From the NCBI GenBank assembly GCA_963842915.1, contig CAWJII010000004.1:264158-328157 (forward strand): 64,000 bases of DNA, given 5' to 3'. This document shows, piece after piece, positions 51,988 to 61,378 of this stretch (the stretch's first letter is position 1; each line of letters begins with the position of its first letter). The position numbers were made by a program, and so were the translations under genes. Under the pieces are notes generated by a model. It searched no databases. It worked only from the letters and a program-made list of their open reading frames with translations, and had not been told where the DNA came from. Source of the stretch: an uncultured delta proteobacterium. Lineage in GTDB: Bacteria; Myxococcota_A; Polyangia; Polyangiales; Houyiibacteriaceae.

Positions 51988-52425
51988 TCAGTCTTGAACC
52001 AGAAGGAAGTGCGCAGTCGCTACGGCGACCGGACAGTCCGGGTCGTCTTGATAGGCGAAGACGCGAACGTTGGCGACACGCCGCCCACGGCGCGTGAACT
52101 CTGCGCGGGCGAACACGTCTTGAGGGCGTGCGCCACGGAGGTACTCGACCGTGATGTTGATCGTCTTGGGCACCGTGGTGGTCTCTCCGTGCCAGAGAAG
52201 CTTGAAGATGGCGGTCGATTCCATCAAAGCACCGAGGGTGCCCCCGTGAAGCGCGGGCACGCTTGCGTTGCCGACCAGATGATCGGAGTAGCGCATCCGG
52301 CCGATCACGTCTCCGTCCACCAGCTCCGCGCTGATCCCCATGAAGCAGGCATAGGGAATCGCCTGGTGTAGCGCTGAGAAATCACCGGATTCACGGACAG
52401 CCACCACTGCGTCGCGCAGCCTCAT
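51988..52425 (-). CDS. PaaI-family hotdog-fold thioesterase
   Basis: Start set at MRLRDAV (ATGA overlap with the upstream paralog); LHGGTLGALMEST motif. Confidence 0.8.
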   Translation of the reverse strand: MRLRDAVVAVRESGDFSALHQAIPYACFMGISAELVDGDVIGRMRYSDHLVGNASVPALHGGTLGALMESTAIFKLLWHGETTTVPKTINITVEYLRGARPQDVFARAEFTRRGRRVANVRVFAYQDDPDCPVAVATAHFLLVQD

Positions 52426-52901
52426 TTGGACGCTCCGTCGTCTTCGCGTCGGCCTTCGTCCGGGAATACGACGAACGTGCCTGAGGCGGTCGCGATGGGA
52501 TTTGCGCGATCGCCATGGTGCGCCTTGGCCCGCACGAACGCTACGTGCCGGGTGACCTTGTAACAATGGGCGCCGCAGATGACTTCTTGATGCGGCAGCG
52601 CCGGGCGCACGTAGTCGATTCGAAGATCGAGGGTTGCGATTCGCCGTGGCGCGACCAGCGACATGATGACCGCGCCGCCGCAGGTGGCGTCGATCAGGCT
52701 GGTGATGCAGCCGCCGTGGAGTACCCCGGTCTCGGGATTGCCGACCAGATCTTCCCGATACGGAAGCGCTAGGGACAGATGCTCGGGCCGGTAGTCGACG
52801 ACTCGAAGATCCAAAGCCTGGTTGTGTGGGACTGCCCCGACGTAGCGCCCTTCGAGACGCCGCCTGATTTCATCCTTCTGCGGAAGAAAAGAGTCGGACA
52901 T
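52422..52901 (-). CDS. PaaI-family hotdog-fold thioesterase
   Basis: LHGGCITSLIDATCGGAV motif; about 159 aa. Confidence 0.8.
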   Translation of the reverse strand: MSDSFLPQKDEIRRRLEGRYVGAVPHNQALDLRVVDYRPEHLSLALPYREDLVGNPETGVLHGGCITSLIDATCGGAVIMSLVAPRRIATLDLRIDYVRPALPHQEVICGAHCYKVTRHVAFVRAKAHHGDRANPIATASGTFVVFPDEGRREDDGASK

Positions 52902-52947
52902 GGCTCACCCTCTAGCAGCCATTGGCTACTTTGCTCAAGGCGCGAGG

Positions 52948-53361
52948 TTAGACGGGTGGTGGTGGTGGTGGCCCGGCCTGCTCGGCGAGCCAGTCGTCGG
53001 ACGAGACGAACTCCACCCCCCGGGCGCTCTTCGAAGCCAGGAGATCTGGGTGATCGGTGAGGACCCTCCCCACTCCGGCGGCCTTCGCAAGAGCGACGAG
53101 CGCGTCGTTCCAATCTTCGATGAAGAACTCTGGCGTCGCGACGAGCTCGACCAGCCCTCGAATGGTGCTCATCTGCGTTCGGACGGCATCGTCTTTGAAT
53201 TCTGGAAGCGCGTGGAGCATCGACTCGACGCGCTCCATGACCCAGGCGGAGGTCTTCGGTTTGCCGGGCGCTCCAAAGGCGCGACGAACCGCTCGTTCGG
53301 GTGGAGAGCCAAGGGCGATCGACGCGTTGACGTAGATATCCGGGCCGAGAACGACGTCCAT
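52948..53361 (-). CDS. Hypothetical protein (weakly PIN-like N-terminus, poly-Pro C-terminus)
   Basis: ORF with good third-position GC. N-terminal VVLGPDIYVNASI resembles PIN VVLDTNV but lacks the Asp. Confidence 0.4.
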   Translation of the reverse strand: MDVVLGPDIYVNASIALGSPPERAVRRAFGAPGKPKTSAWVMERVESMLHALPEFKDDAVRTQMSTIRGLVELVATPEFFIEDWNDALVALAKAAGVGRVLTDHPDLLASKSARGVEFVSSDDWLAEQAGPPPPPPV

Positions 53362-53424
53362 GTGCGAAGTCTAACACGGTGCCGGCAGGCTTGACATCGT
53401 TCTCGGCCGCGATAGTCGTCACCC

Positions 53425-54444
53425 ATGAAGGCAGTCTGGATTCCGAAGCACGGAAAGCCCGACGTTCTCGAGCTGCGCGAGAGCCCGGACCCGGCGCCCG
53501 GACCGGGCGAGGTCACGATCCGCGTGCGCGCTGCGGGAATCAACTTCGCAGACATCATGGCGCGGCAAGGGCTCTACCCGGACGCGCCATCGCCGCCAAT
53601 GGTCGTCGGATACGAGGTGTCAGGCGTGATCGACTCCGTCGGCAAGGGCGTCACCGATAGGAGCGAAGGCCAGCGTGTTTTGGCGATGACCCGCTTTGGC
53701 GGTTACGCGGACGCCGTGCGGGTCGGGGCGGCGCAGACCTTCGTGATGCCCGAGCTCATGAGCTTCGAAGAAGCCGCCGCGCTTCCGGTGACCTACCTGA
53801 CTGCCTACCACATGCTCTTCAACGTGTTTCGGCTGAGAGCGGGAGATCACGTTCTGATCCACCAGGCAGCGGGCGGCGTCGGCACCGCTGCGAGTCAGCT
53901 CTGCAAATCTCTTGGCGGTGTCACCAGCTACGGCACCGCATCGAAGTCCAAGCACGAGTACGTCCGGGACAACGGTTGCGACCACGCGATCGACTACCAT
54001 TGTGTGGACTACGTACAAGAGGTTCGCCGCCTGACCGATGGCCGCGGCGTCGACTGCGTGCTCGATGCACTCGGCGGCGACGACTGGAAGAAGGGCTTCT
54101 CCTTGCTGCGTCCGGGCGGACTGCTCATCTCCTTTGGCTGGGCAAACATGGCGAAATTCGGGAAGCGCCGTTTGAGCCACCTGATCGGCGAATTCACCCA
54201 CCTTCCCGTCTGGACGCCGATTCGGCTCATGCAGCAGAACAAGGGTGTGGCCGGTGTCAACATGGGGCAGCTCTGGAACGAGACGGAGCTGTCTTTCGAC
54301 GCGTTCACGGCTCTGTTGAAGCTCTACGAGCAGGGCCTGATCAAGCCGCGGGTCGATCGTTGCTACGCCTTCGAGTTTGCTGCAAAAGCGCACGCGTACA
54401 TCGAGGCTGGCCAAAACACCGGGAAAGTCCTACTGAAACCGTAG
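53425..54444 (+). CDS. Zinc-type alcohol dehydrogenase-like / quinone oxidoreductase (MDR family, VAT-1-like)
   Basis: GINFADIMARQGLYP, GYEVSGV, IHQAAGGVGTAA. Confidence 0.88.
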   Translation: MKAVWIPKHGKPDVLELRESPDPAPGPGEVTIRVRAAGINFADIMARQGLYPDAPSPPMVVGYEVSGVIDSVGKGVTDRSEGQRVLAMTRFGGYADAVRVGAAQTFVMPELMSFEEAAALPVTYLTAYHMLFNVFRLRAGDHVLIHQAAGGVGTAASQLCKSLGGVTSYGTASKSKHEYVRDNGCDHAIDYHCVDYVQEVRRLTDGRGVDCVLDALGGDDWKKGFSLLRPGGLLISFGWANMAKFGKRRLSHLIGEFTHLPVWTPIRLMQQNKGVAGVNMGQLWNETELSFDAFTALLKLYEQGLIKPRVDRCYAFEFAAKAHAYIEAGQNTGKVLLKP

Positions 54445-54446
54445 CC

Positions 54447-54929
54447 ATGCCTGTTCGCGTCTGTTTCGTTTGTCTTGGTAACATCTGCCGCTCGCCGACC
54501 GCGGAAGCGACCATGCGTCAGCTGCTCGAACGCGAGCAACTGAGCACTCAGGTCGAAGTCGACAGTGCAGGCACAGGAGACTGGCATGTCGGTGAGCCTC
54601 CGGACGCGCGCGCAAGAGCTGCCGCGAAACGTCGTGGCATCAAGCTCGGCGGGCGCGCCCGCGCCGTAGTCCGAAAAGACTTCGAGCTCTTCGACTACAT
54701 CGTGGCGATGGACGGGGCGAACCAGCGCGACCTTCGGCGGATCGCACCCGACGATGCGGCACGCGCGAAGATCGTTCTTTTCCGGAACTACGATCCCGGC
54801 TCGCCGCGCGATGCCGCCCTGCCCGATCCTTACTACGGTGAGGGCGACGGCTTCGATACGGTGCTCGACCTCTGCGAGGCAGCGTCACGCGGGCTCCTGC
54901 AACACATCCGAGAGAATCATCGGCTATGA
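54447..54929 (+). CDS. Low-molecular-weight protein-tyrosine phosphatase
   Basis: VCFVCLGNICRSP P-loop (CX5R-S), DSAGT, DPYYG. Start set at MPVRVCF rather than at the track ORF start. Confidence 0.9.
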   Translation: MPVRVCFVCLGNICRSPTAEATMRQLLEREQLSTQVEVDSAGTGDWHVGEPPDARARAAAKRRGIKLGGRARAVVRKDFELFDYIVAMDGANQRDLRRIAPDDAARAKIVLFRNYDPGSPRDAALPDPYYGEGDGFDTVLDLCEAASRGLLQHIRENHRL

Positions 54930-55786
54930 GCCCCGAGCTGCGCGCCGCCCTCGAGCAGCGGCTCGACAGGCAGGTTTGCGCTGCAAAGCGCCTCGCTGGG
55001 GGCGACATCAATGATGGGTACCAAGTCGCTTTGGGTGACGGGACGCAGATCTTCGTCAAGACTCATCCCAACCCGCCGGGCGGGATGTTCGAAGCGGAGG
55101 CGCGCGGACTTCGATGGCTCGCCGAAGCGAAGGCGATTCGAACCCCAGCGGTCATCGCGGTTTCGGATGGACGGCCGGCCTTCCTGGCGCTCGAACTCCT
55201 GACCCCCGCGAGGCGTCGAGCTGGTTTCGATGAGGCTCTGGGCCGATCGTTGGCTGCCCTGCACGCCTTTGGCGCTCGATCGTTTGGGCTCGACCACGAC
55301 AACTTCATCGGCCGACTCGCGCAATCGAACGAGCCTGCCGACGACTGGGCAACCTTCTACTGGTCGTCGCGCCTGGAGCCGCAGCTGCGGCTTGCCATCG
55401 ACCGCGGCCTGATCGATGCCGGCACGCGCTCGAGCTTCGATGCCCTGCAGCGTGTTCTCCCCGAGCGAGTCGGGCCCGAAGAGCCTCCGTCACGCCTGCA
55501 CGGCGACCTCTGGGGAGGCAACCTGCACGTCGATGAAACGGGACGGGCCGCGCTGATCGACCCTGCCGTCTACGGAGGCCAGCGTGAGATCGACCTAGCT
55601 ATGATGCGTTTGTTCGGCGGCTTCAGCGAGCGGGTCTTTGCAGCGTACGGCGAAGCACGACCGCTCGCGCCGGGTGCGGCCGAACGAGTTGCCCTCTACC
55701 AGCTCTACCCTCTACTGGTGCACGTCAATTTGTTCGGCGGCTCTTACGTCGGCTCGGTAAAGCGCGCGCTCGGCGACTGCATCTGA
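54926..55786 (+). CDS. Fructosamine/ketosamine kinase family protein
   Basis: LHGDLWGGN catalytic-loop motif, DPAVYGGQREIDLAM; ATGA overlap with the phosphatase gene. Confidence 0.85.
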   Translation: MSPELRAALEQRLDRQVCAAKRLAGGDINDGYQVALGDGTQIFVKTHPNPPGGMFEAEARGLRWLAEAKAIRTPAVIAVSDGRPAFLALELLTPARRRAGFDEALGRSLAALHAFGARSFGLDHDNFIGRLAQSNEPADDWATFYWSSRLEPQLRLAIDRGLIDAGTRSSFDALQRVLPERVGPEEPPSRLHGDLWGGNLHVDETGRAALIDPAVYGGQREIDLAMMRLFGGFSERVFAAYGEARPLAPGAAERVALYQLYPLLVHVNLFGGSYVGSVKRALGDCI

Positions 55787-55844
55787 GTGCTGTTCCACGA
55801 GGTCTGCGGTTCTTGACAGCCCCAAGTGTGGGGACCAGATACGC

Positions 55845-56276
55845 GTGATGGGTCGCTCCGAACAAGACGATCGAAAAGCTCCCGAGCGCCACGCAGTTCT
55901 TCTGATAGACCACGGGAGTCGACGCGCCCAGGCCAACGCCCTGCTCGATCAGGTCGCGGCCCTAGTGAAGGACCGGCTCGGCGCAGAGAGCATCGTGGAG
56001 CCTGCGCACATGGAGATCGCGGAGCCGACGATCGCCACCGGCTTCGCGCGCTGCGTCGAGCAAGGCGCGACCCGGGTCATCGTGCACCCTTTCATGCTCG
56101 CACCAGGCCGGCACGTGACCGAGGATCTTCCGCGCCTGATCGCGGAGGCGGCGTCGCTGCACCAGGGTGTGACGTTTGCGATGGCGGCCCCGCTCGGCAG
56201 CCACGCCGGTGTCATCGACGCGGTGGTCGAGCGCTGTCAGTCGGCGCTCGCAGACGCCGAGCCTTCCGGGCGCTAG
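55845..56276 (+). CDS. CbiX/SirB-type (small) sirohydrochlorin chelatase
   Basis: VLLIDHGSRR and VHPFMLAPGRHVTEDLP motifs; about 140 aa. Confidence 0.78.
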   Translation: MMGRSEQDDRKAPERHAVLLIDHGSRRAQANALLDQVAALVKDRLGAESIVEPAHMEIAEPTIATGFARCVEQGATRVIVHPFMLAPGRHVTEDLPRLIAEAASLHQGVTFAMAAPLGSHAGVIDAVVERCQSALADAEPSGR

Positions 56277-57268
56277 GGAATTAGAACGACCTTACCCGTC
56301 GTTTGGCGGCCGCCAAGCGCCCCGAGAGCGGTTTTCGCGTCTTCGAGCGGATGGGTCGCAGAGACCAAAGGGGCGATTTTTCCCTCTGAATACAAGCGCG
56401 CAATGGCTTGCTGGGCTCGTTGCAGAACCCTGGGGTTCTTCTGGAAGTACAGGCCCCAGTGCAGACCGACCAGGGAGAAGTTCTTCACCATGACCCGGTT
56501 CATCTTCGCCGAGGGGATGGTCCCACTGGCGAAGCCGATGATCAGAATCCGGCCTTCGAACGCAATGCATTTGGTCGAAAGGTCGAAGGTGTCGCCTCCA
56601 ACCGGATCGTAGATCACATCGGCGCCGCGTCCGTCCGTCAGCTCCTTTACGCGCTCGACCCAGTCCTCTTCGCGATAGTTGATGACGGCGTGCGCTCCGT
56701 GTCGCTTGACGAGCGCGAGCTTGTCCGCGGAGCCTGCCGTACCGATGACCTTCGCGCCGAGCGCGGCGCCGATCTGAACGGCAGCGAGCCCGACGCCGCC
56801 AGCGGCCGCGTGCACCAGAAGCGTTTCGCCCTTTTGCAGATTCGCCCGGTGTACCAAGCCGACATACGAGGTCTGGTAGACGAGACCGAGCGCAGCGGCC
56901 TCCTCGAAGGCCATCTCAGCAGGCATGGGGAAGACACGGGCTTCGGGAGCGGCCAGGGACGAAGCGAAGCCGCCGTATTCGAGCAAGGCGCTCACGCGGT
57001 CTCCGACCGAGAAACGCGAGACACCTTCACCAAGCTCGCGAACGATGCCTGCGACTTCGGCACCAGGCGAGAACGGAAGCTCCGGTTGAATCTGGTACCT
57101 GCCCTCGGAGATCAGGATGTCGAAGAAGTTACAGCCAACGGCCCTGACATCGATGACGACCTGGCCCGGAGCGGCGCTCAGCTCGCTCAGCTCTTCGCGC
57201 TCTAGGGCGGCCGGACCCCCGAGCTCGCGCACGATCATCCTGTACATGGGGGCGGAGTTTGCCCTCAA
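56273..57268 (-). CDS. NADPH:quinone oxidoreductase (MDR family)
   Basis: NFFDILISEGRYQ, PGAEVAGIV, VHAAAGGVGLAAVQIG, GKVVLIP. Confidence 0.88.
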   Translation of the reverse strand: MRANSAPMYRMIVRELGGPAALEREELSELSAAPGQVVIDVRAVGCNFFDILISEGRYQIQPELPFSPGAEVAGIVRELGEGVSRFSVGDRVSALLEYGGFASSLAAPEARVFPMPAEMAFEEAAALGLVYQTSYVGLVHRANLQKGETLLVHAAAGGVGLAAVQIGAALGAKVIGTAGSADKLALVKRHGAHAVINYREEDWVERVKELTDGRGADVIYDPVGGDTFDLSTKCIAFEGRILIIGFASGTIPSAKMNRVMVKNFSLVGLHWGLYFQKNPRVLQRAQQAIARLYSEGKIAPLVSATHPLEDAKTALGALGGRQTTGKVVLIP

Positions 57269-57327
57269 AAACAGGCCAAGACTAGTGAGTCACGCCAAAA
57301 AGCCCGCGGCCCTGGTATAACTGGGCC

Positions 57328-58338
57328 ATGGCTGGGGAAAGGCGAAGATACCCGCTCCCGGCGGGAGTCGTTCCGGCAGAGCCGCAGGCTGGCGGCGAAG
57401 CCAGTGACTCGCGCGTCCGCACCAAAGCGGCTGTGCCGGCCGACCAGCACACGCGCAGCCAACCGGTGCTCAAGGAGAGCCTGGTCGAGCTGGCTCGAGG
57501 GCTCGTCGAAGAGCTGGTTACCCTCGGTCCGAACGAGATTGCACCGGTTGTACGCCGCCTGATGGCGCTCGGAAATTTCGCTCTCGAAGAGTTGGCGAAG
57601 AGCTTCCCGGGTCCGCTTTGGCGCCGGCCGGTCGCTACCGACTCGCGCCTGCCGCGCCCCGAAGAGATCTCCGCGATTGCAGCCGCCCTCGCCGCTTTCG
57701 AAGTCGAGGCCATCCCGTACCTCGCGCGCCTGATGCGCCATCCGACTCCAACTGTTCGCTACCAGGCAGCGGTCATCTGCGGCGCGTACTCGAGCCCCCG
57801 CCTCATCGAGCCGCTGATGCAGGCCTCGCTCGACGAAGACCGAGAGTGCCGCCGCGTCGCCCTGCATCTACTGAGCTCGTACCAGCACGAGGCCCTCTAC
57901 CGAAACGCCCTCGGGGAGCTTCGCCGCTGCGCGTCGGAGATTTCCCAGCCGCTCCCCGTGAGGCGTCGCGCCATCTCCGCGCTGACGCAGCTGCGCGACG
58001 AAGCTTCGGCATCGCTCTTCGTGGATTTACTAGCGGACTCCGACCGCGGCATCGCCACCGCCTGCCGTGTGGGGCTCAGGGTGCTCACGGCCCACGATTT
58101 CGGGTTTTCTCGAGAACCTTGGCTCCGTTGGCTCTCGGAGCGAGGTCAGGAAGTCCGCATCCAGTGGCTCATCGAAGGCCTCGGAGACGGCCGAGCCAAC
58201 ATTCGTTTGCTCGCATCACGGGAGCTCTCGGGTCTGACCCATTTCCTCAAGCCCTTGTCCGAAACGGCCAACCGCGAGGAGTTCCTCTCGGCACAGGAGC
58301 GCTACCGACTCTGGTGGACGAAGAACCACCAGGACTGA
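57328..58338 (+). CDS. HEAT-repeat protein (hypothetical)
   Basis: Repeated xxVRxxAxxALxxxxxxxxxxxLxxxLxDxD helical-repeat pattern. Confidence 0.6.
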   Translation: MAGERRRYPLPAGVVPAEPQAGGEASDSRVRTKAAVPADQHTRSQPVLKESLVELARGLVEELVTLGPNEIAPVVRRLMALGNFALEELAKSFPGPLWRRPVATDSRLPRPEEISAIAAALAAFEVEAIPYLARLMRHPTPTVRYQAAVICGAYSSPRLIEPLMQASLDEDRECRRVALHLLSSYQHEALYRNALGELRRCASEISQPLPVRRRAISALTQLRDEASASLFVDLLADSDRGIATACRVGLRVLTAHDFGFSREPWLRWLSERGQEVRIQWLIEGLGDGRANIRLLASRELSGLTHFLKPLSETANREEFLSAQERYRLWWTKNHQD

Positions 58339-58923
58339 CTAGAGCGCACCGAGGTCCCGCAGCGAGTTGCGCAGGGGTTGAACTCCTTCGAAGAGCAGGC
58401 TGCGAATCCCATGATCGCGCGCCCCTTCGCAGTTGCTGACACGATCATCGATGAAGATGCAGCGCTCGGCACGAACCCCGAGCGCGCTCAGCGCTTGCGC
58501 GTACGCAGCCGCGTCGGGTTTTCGTAAACCGGTCAAGCAAGAGACGAAAGTCCATTCGATGAAACGCGACAGCTCGAGGCGTTCTTCGATGAGTCGATAC
58601 CAAATCGGATAGTTGGAAAACGCGTGCATGCTGCATCCTGCGCCGTGGAGCTCGGCGAGCAGCTGTTCGAGACCGGGGAGCCATCGGTACGAAGATCGAA
58701 CCGCGCTGACGAAACCCTCTTGGTCGAAGTCTCGACCATCGGCGAAGAAGATGTCGAGGAACGCCCTCTCGCTGAGCTCACCGCGCTCGAACTCGACCCA
58801 GGCGCTCGGATGCTTGGCCGCGAGCAGCTCCTCGAAGCTCAGGCCGAAGAACTTCGGCATCTCCGCGAAGAACGGATCGTGTACCAGGGTGCCCATGACG
58901 TCCCAAAGCAGGATTGGACGCAT
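58339..58923 (-). CDS. HAD-superfamily hydrolase
   Basis: ILLWDVMGTL (DxxGT-like motif I), FSN (motif II), FIDDRVSNCEGA (motif IV). Confidence 0.8.
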   Translation of the reverse strand: MRPILLWDVMGTLVHDPFFAEMPKFFGLSFEELLAAKHPSAWVEFERGELSERAFLDIFFADGRDFDQEGFVSAVRSSYRWLPGLEQLLAELHGAGCSMHAFSNYPIWYRLIEERLELSRFIEWTFVSCLTGLRKPDAAAYAQALSALGVRAERCIFIDDRVSNCEGARDHGIRSLLFEGVQPLRNSLRDLGAL

Positions 58924-58927
58924 CGGC

Positions 58928-61342
58928 TCAGCCCAGCGCGGTCCCGCCGAGCTCGTGCGGCGGGCGTTGCTCGAGCCCGTGACGCCGGAGCTTGTCGAGG
59001 AAGGTCGTGCGCTTCAACCCCAACATCCGGGCGGCCTCGCTCTTGTTTCCACCGGAGCGAAGCAGGGCGCGCTCGAGCAGTCGTCGTTCCACCTCGGTGT
59101 ACGTGCCCCTCAGCGGCTCCTCTTCATCCGCCCCAGGCCAGGCAAGCGGAGGCAGATCACGAAGGGCGATCGTAGTGCAAGAGGCTTGGGCGACCGCTAG
59201 CTCGATGATCAGCTCGAGCTCAGCGACGTCACCCGGCCAGTCGTGCTCGACCAGAGCAGCCATGGCGTCTGCAGCGATGCCGACCGGCTCCCGGGCTAGA
59301 ACCCGGCATGCCCTGTCGATCGCCAGCAGAGCCAGCGACGGAACGTCTTCGCGCCGGTCGCGCAGAGGTGGAATCGTGAGACCCGGCGACGACAAGTGCT
59401 TGGCGAGGTCGGGGTCGAGTGCGCCGCGCAGCTCGAGCTCAGTCAGCGGAGCCCGGCTGGTCGCGATGATTCTCGGGCGCAGCGAACCTGGTGCTTCGCC
59501 TGGCCGCTGTTGCGCGTCTTGCTCGGCCAAGGCCAGGGCGAGACGCGCCTGGTTTTCTTTGGACAGAGCCGGAAGATCACGTAGGAGCAAGGTGCCGCCG
59601 GTCGCGGATTGAAACCAACCCGTGTGACCGTCGCTCGGAGAACCAAAGAGCAGGCTCGCGACTTGATCGGGCGGCGCGGCAGAGCAATCCGCGACGACGA
59701 ACGGCGCCTCCCAGCGCGGCCCGCGGTCATGGATGAAGCGGGAGACCGGCAAGACCGGAGCACCGGCCGGCGCGACGAGGAGAACGGGATCGTCCAACGG
59801 AGCGAGCTCGATCGCATGGGTCTGTACACGCCTCATGGACTGGCTGTATGCCACGTGCAGAGTCCGGTCTTCGGCCAGACCTCGCCCGAGGACGTCACAC
59901 TGGCCACGCAATTGTTCGAGCTCTGCTTCGAGCGCGGCGATCCGATCTTCGGCCTCGCGCCGCAAGGCGGAGAGCCTCTGAATGTGAGCATCCGCCCGGC
60001 GCTGCGCGAGGGCCGAGGACAGTGCCCCTCCAAGCGAATCTGCCAGGCGACCCAGCTCCTCGAGCTCGATGCGCGAAAGTGGTTCGGAGCGATCGCCCAG
60101 AGGCAGCAACAGGACCCCTTCGGTGTGATCCAGATGCACGCAGGGGAGCGCGCAGCCCATCCCTTGGTTCTCCATCGTGTGCACGAGGTCCCGGACTGAC
60201 GGTTCGCGAACGACCCGGGCGCGCAGGCTCGCGAGATCGAGAACACCCTGCTGCCCATCGACGAAGAGCGCATGCGTGACGGCCGCAGGGGCTTCGGCCT
60301 GCTTGATGTTCGCACGCTCGCCGGCATCGAGGCGGATGCGCAGCGAGGGCTCCAATGTATAGAGCTCCGCAGACCCCTCGCTGTCTCGGAGCGCCTCGTC
60401 CAAAGGGACGAGAATGGCCGTGGCGATTTGTTCGAGCGCCGCTCCTCCGATCAAGCGCCGCCGGGCCGCTTCCGCGCCGTCGGCGAGGCGGCCCGATGTG
60501 CTCCAAACGGCGCGACTGGAAAACCTCCGCGCAAACGAGAACGTCAGCCACCAGAACACGCCGGCACCCAGGGCAAACAGGCCTAGCTGCCATCTCTCGA
60601 GCGGAGCGTCGGGAGCGAAGCCAAATGTCACCGCGAAACAAAGGGCCGAGGCGACGACCAGGGGCACTCCCACACGCCTCAAGGCACGCCATCCCGGATC
60701 GAGCCAGGCGAGATGCCCGAGCCAGAGCAGCGAAGCAACCGCGAACTCGACCGTGGTGGCCAACAGGCCGCCGAACGGACCAAACCAGGAGTACGCAAGG
60801 CCAACCGCGAGGCAGGCGAGCGCTATTCCGGACAGGCCACCTTCGACCACATGGCCTTTTCCGACCAACACGATCTGGTGCAGGGCGCCGGTCGCCAGAA
60901 GCACCACGACGACGACGACGCCGAAGGTCATCTCCGGGAGCAGTCCACCGCGCGACAGGCCCGCTCCCAGGAACGCGGCCGATGCGATGGCGACTAGAAG
61001 GCCGTACCGAACCAGCGGCCGGGTTTCGCGAGGCAAGACGAGATCGAGCATCGTGAGCGCCGCGAGCAGCCAGGCGATGTCGTGTGTGCGTTCGAGGAGC
61101 GGTGAAGCGGTTCGCGCCGACGCGACTGCAACAGCGAGGCTCACGCCCATGAATGCCAGCCTCGACGCGCCGCGCCTGCTCGACCAGGAGCCGAGCACGG
61201 CCAGAGGGGTCAGTGAAAGCCCGAGCGCCAGAAAGGCCAGCAGCCACTCTGGGGAGGTCGCGGTGTTCGAAGAGGCGCGCGCCGCCAGAACGTAAAGAAC
61301 GGACGCAGGACCCAGTATTGTGAGGAGCCTAGGAATTCGCAC
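58928..61342 (-). CDS. Membrane-anchored sigma-54-activator (NtrC/EBP) homolog with degenerate AAA+ motifs and Fis-type HTH
   Basis: About 8 N-terminal TM helices; central GAF-like/coiled-coil region; EBP-like core APFVVADCSAAPP...LLFG...GGTLLLRDL...PPLRDRREDVP...WPGDVAELE; C-terminal GNKSEAARMLGLKRTTFLDKLRRHGL. Confidence 0.8.
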   Translation of the reverse strand: MRIPRLLTILGPASVLYVLAARASSNTATSPEWLLAFLALGLSLTPLAVLGSWSSRRGASRLAFMGVSLAVAVASARTASPLLERTHDIAWLLAALTMLDLVLPRETRPLVRYGLLVAIASAAFLGAGLSRGGLLPEMTFGVVVVVVLLATGALHQIVLVGKGHVVEGGLSGIALACLAVGLAYSWFGPFGGLLATTVEFAVASLLWLGHLAWLDPGWRALRRVGVPLVVASALCFAVTFGFAPDAPLERWQLGLFALGAGVFWWLTFSFARRFSSRAVWSTSGRLADGAEAARRRLIGGAALEQIATAILVPLDEALRDSEGSAELYTLEPSLRIRLDAGERANIKQAEAPAAVTHALFVDGQQGVLDLASLRARVVREPSVRDLVHTMENQGMGCALPCVHLDHTEGVLLLPLGDRSEPLSRIELEELGRLADSLGGALSSALAQRRADAHIQRLSALRREAEDRIAALEAELEQLRGQCDVLGRGLAEDRTLHVAYSQSMRRVQTHAIELAPLDDPVLLVAPAGAPVLPVSRFIHDRGPRWEAPFVVADCSAAPPDQVASLLFGSPSDGHTGWFQSATGGTLLLRDLPALSKENQARLALALAEQDAQQRPGEAPGSLRPRIIATSRAPLTELELRGALDPDLAKHLSSPGLTIPPLRDRREDVPSLALLAIDRACRVLAREPVGIAADAMAALVEHDWPGDVAELELIIELAVAQASCTTIALRDLPPLAWPGADEEEPLRGTYTEVERRLLERALLRSGGNKSEAARMLGLKRTTFLDKLRRHGLEQRPPHELGGTALG

Positions 61343-61378
61343 GATTGAAGCTCGATTATGCGACGCGGCCGAAGTCTA

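Noticed and set aside
53976-54446. N-terminal 157-aa extension of the phosphatase ORF
   Set aside because: It overlaps the MDR oxidoreductase gene in another frame and is Arg-rich. LMW-PTPs begin a few residues before the CX5R loop, so the start was moved to 54447.
59895-61247. 450-aa Arg-rich minus-strand ORF, plus several plus-strand ORFs, inside 58.9-61.3 kb
   Set aside because: It is an alternative frame of the EBP-like gene. It has extreme Arg/Pro/Gly content, while the other frame shows TM helices and EBP/HTH motifs.
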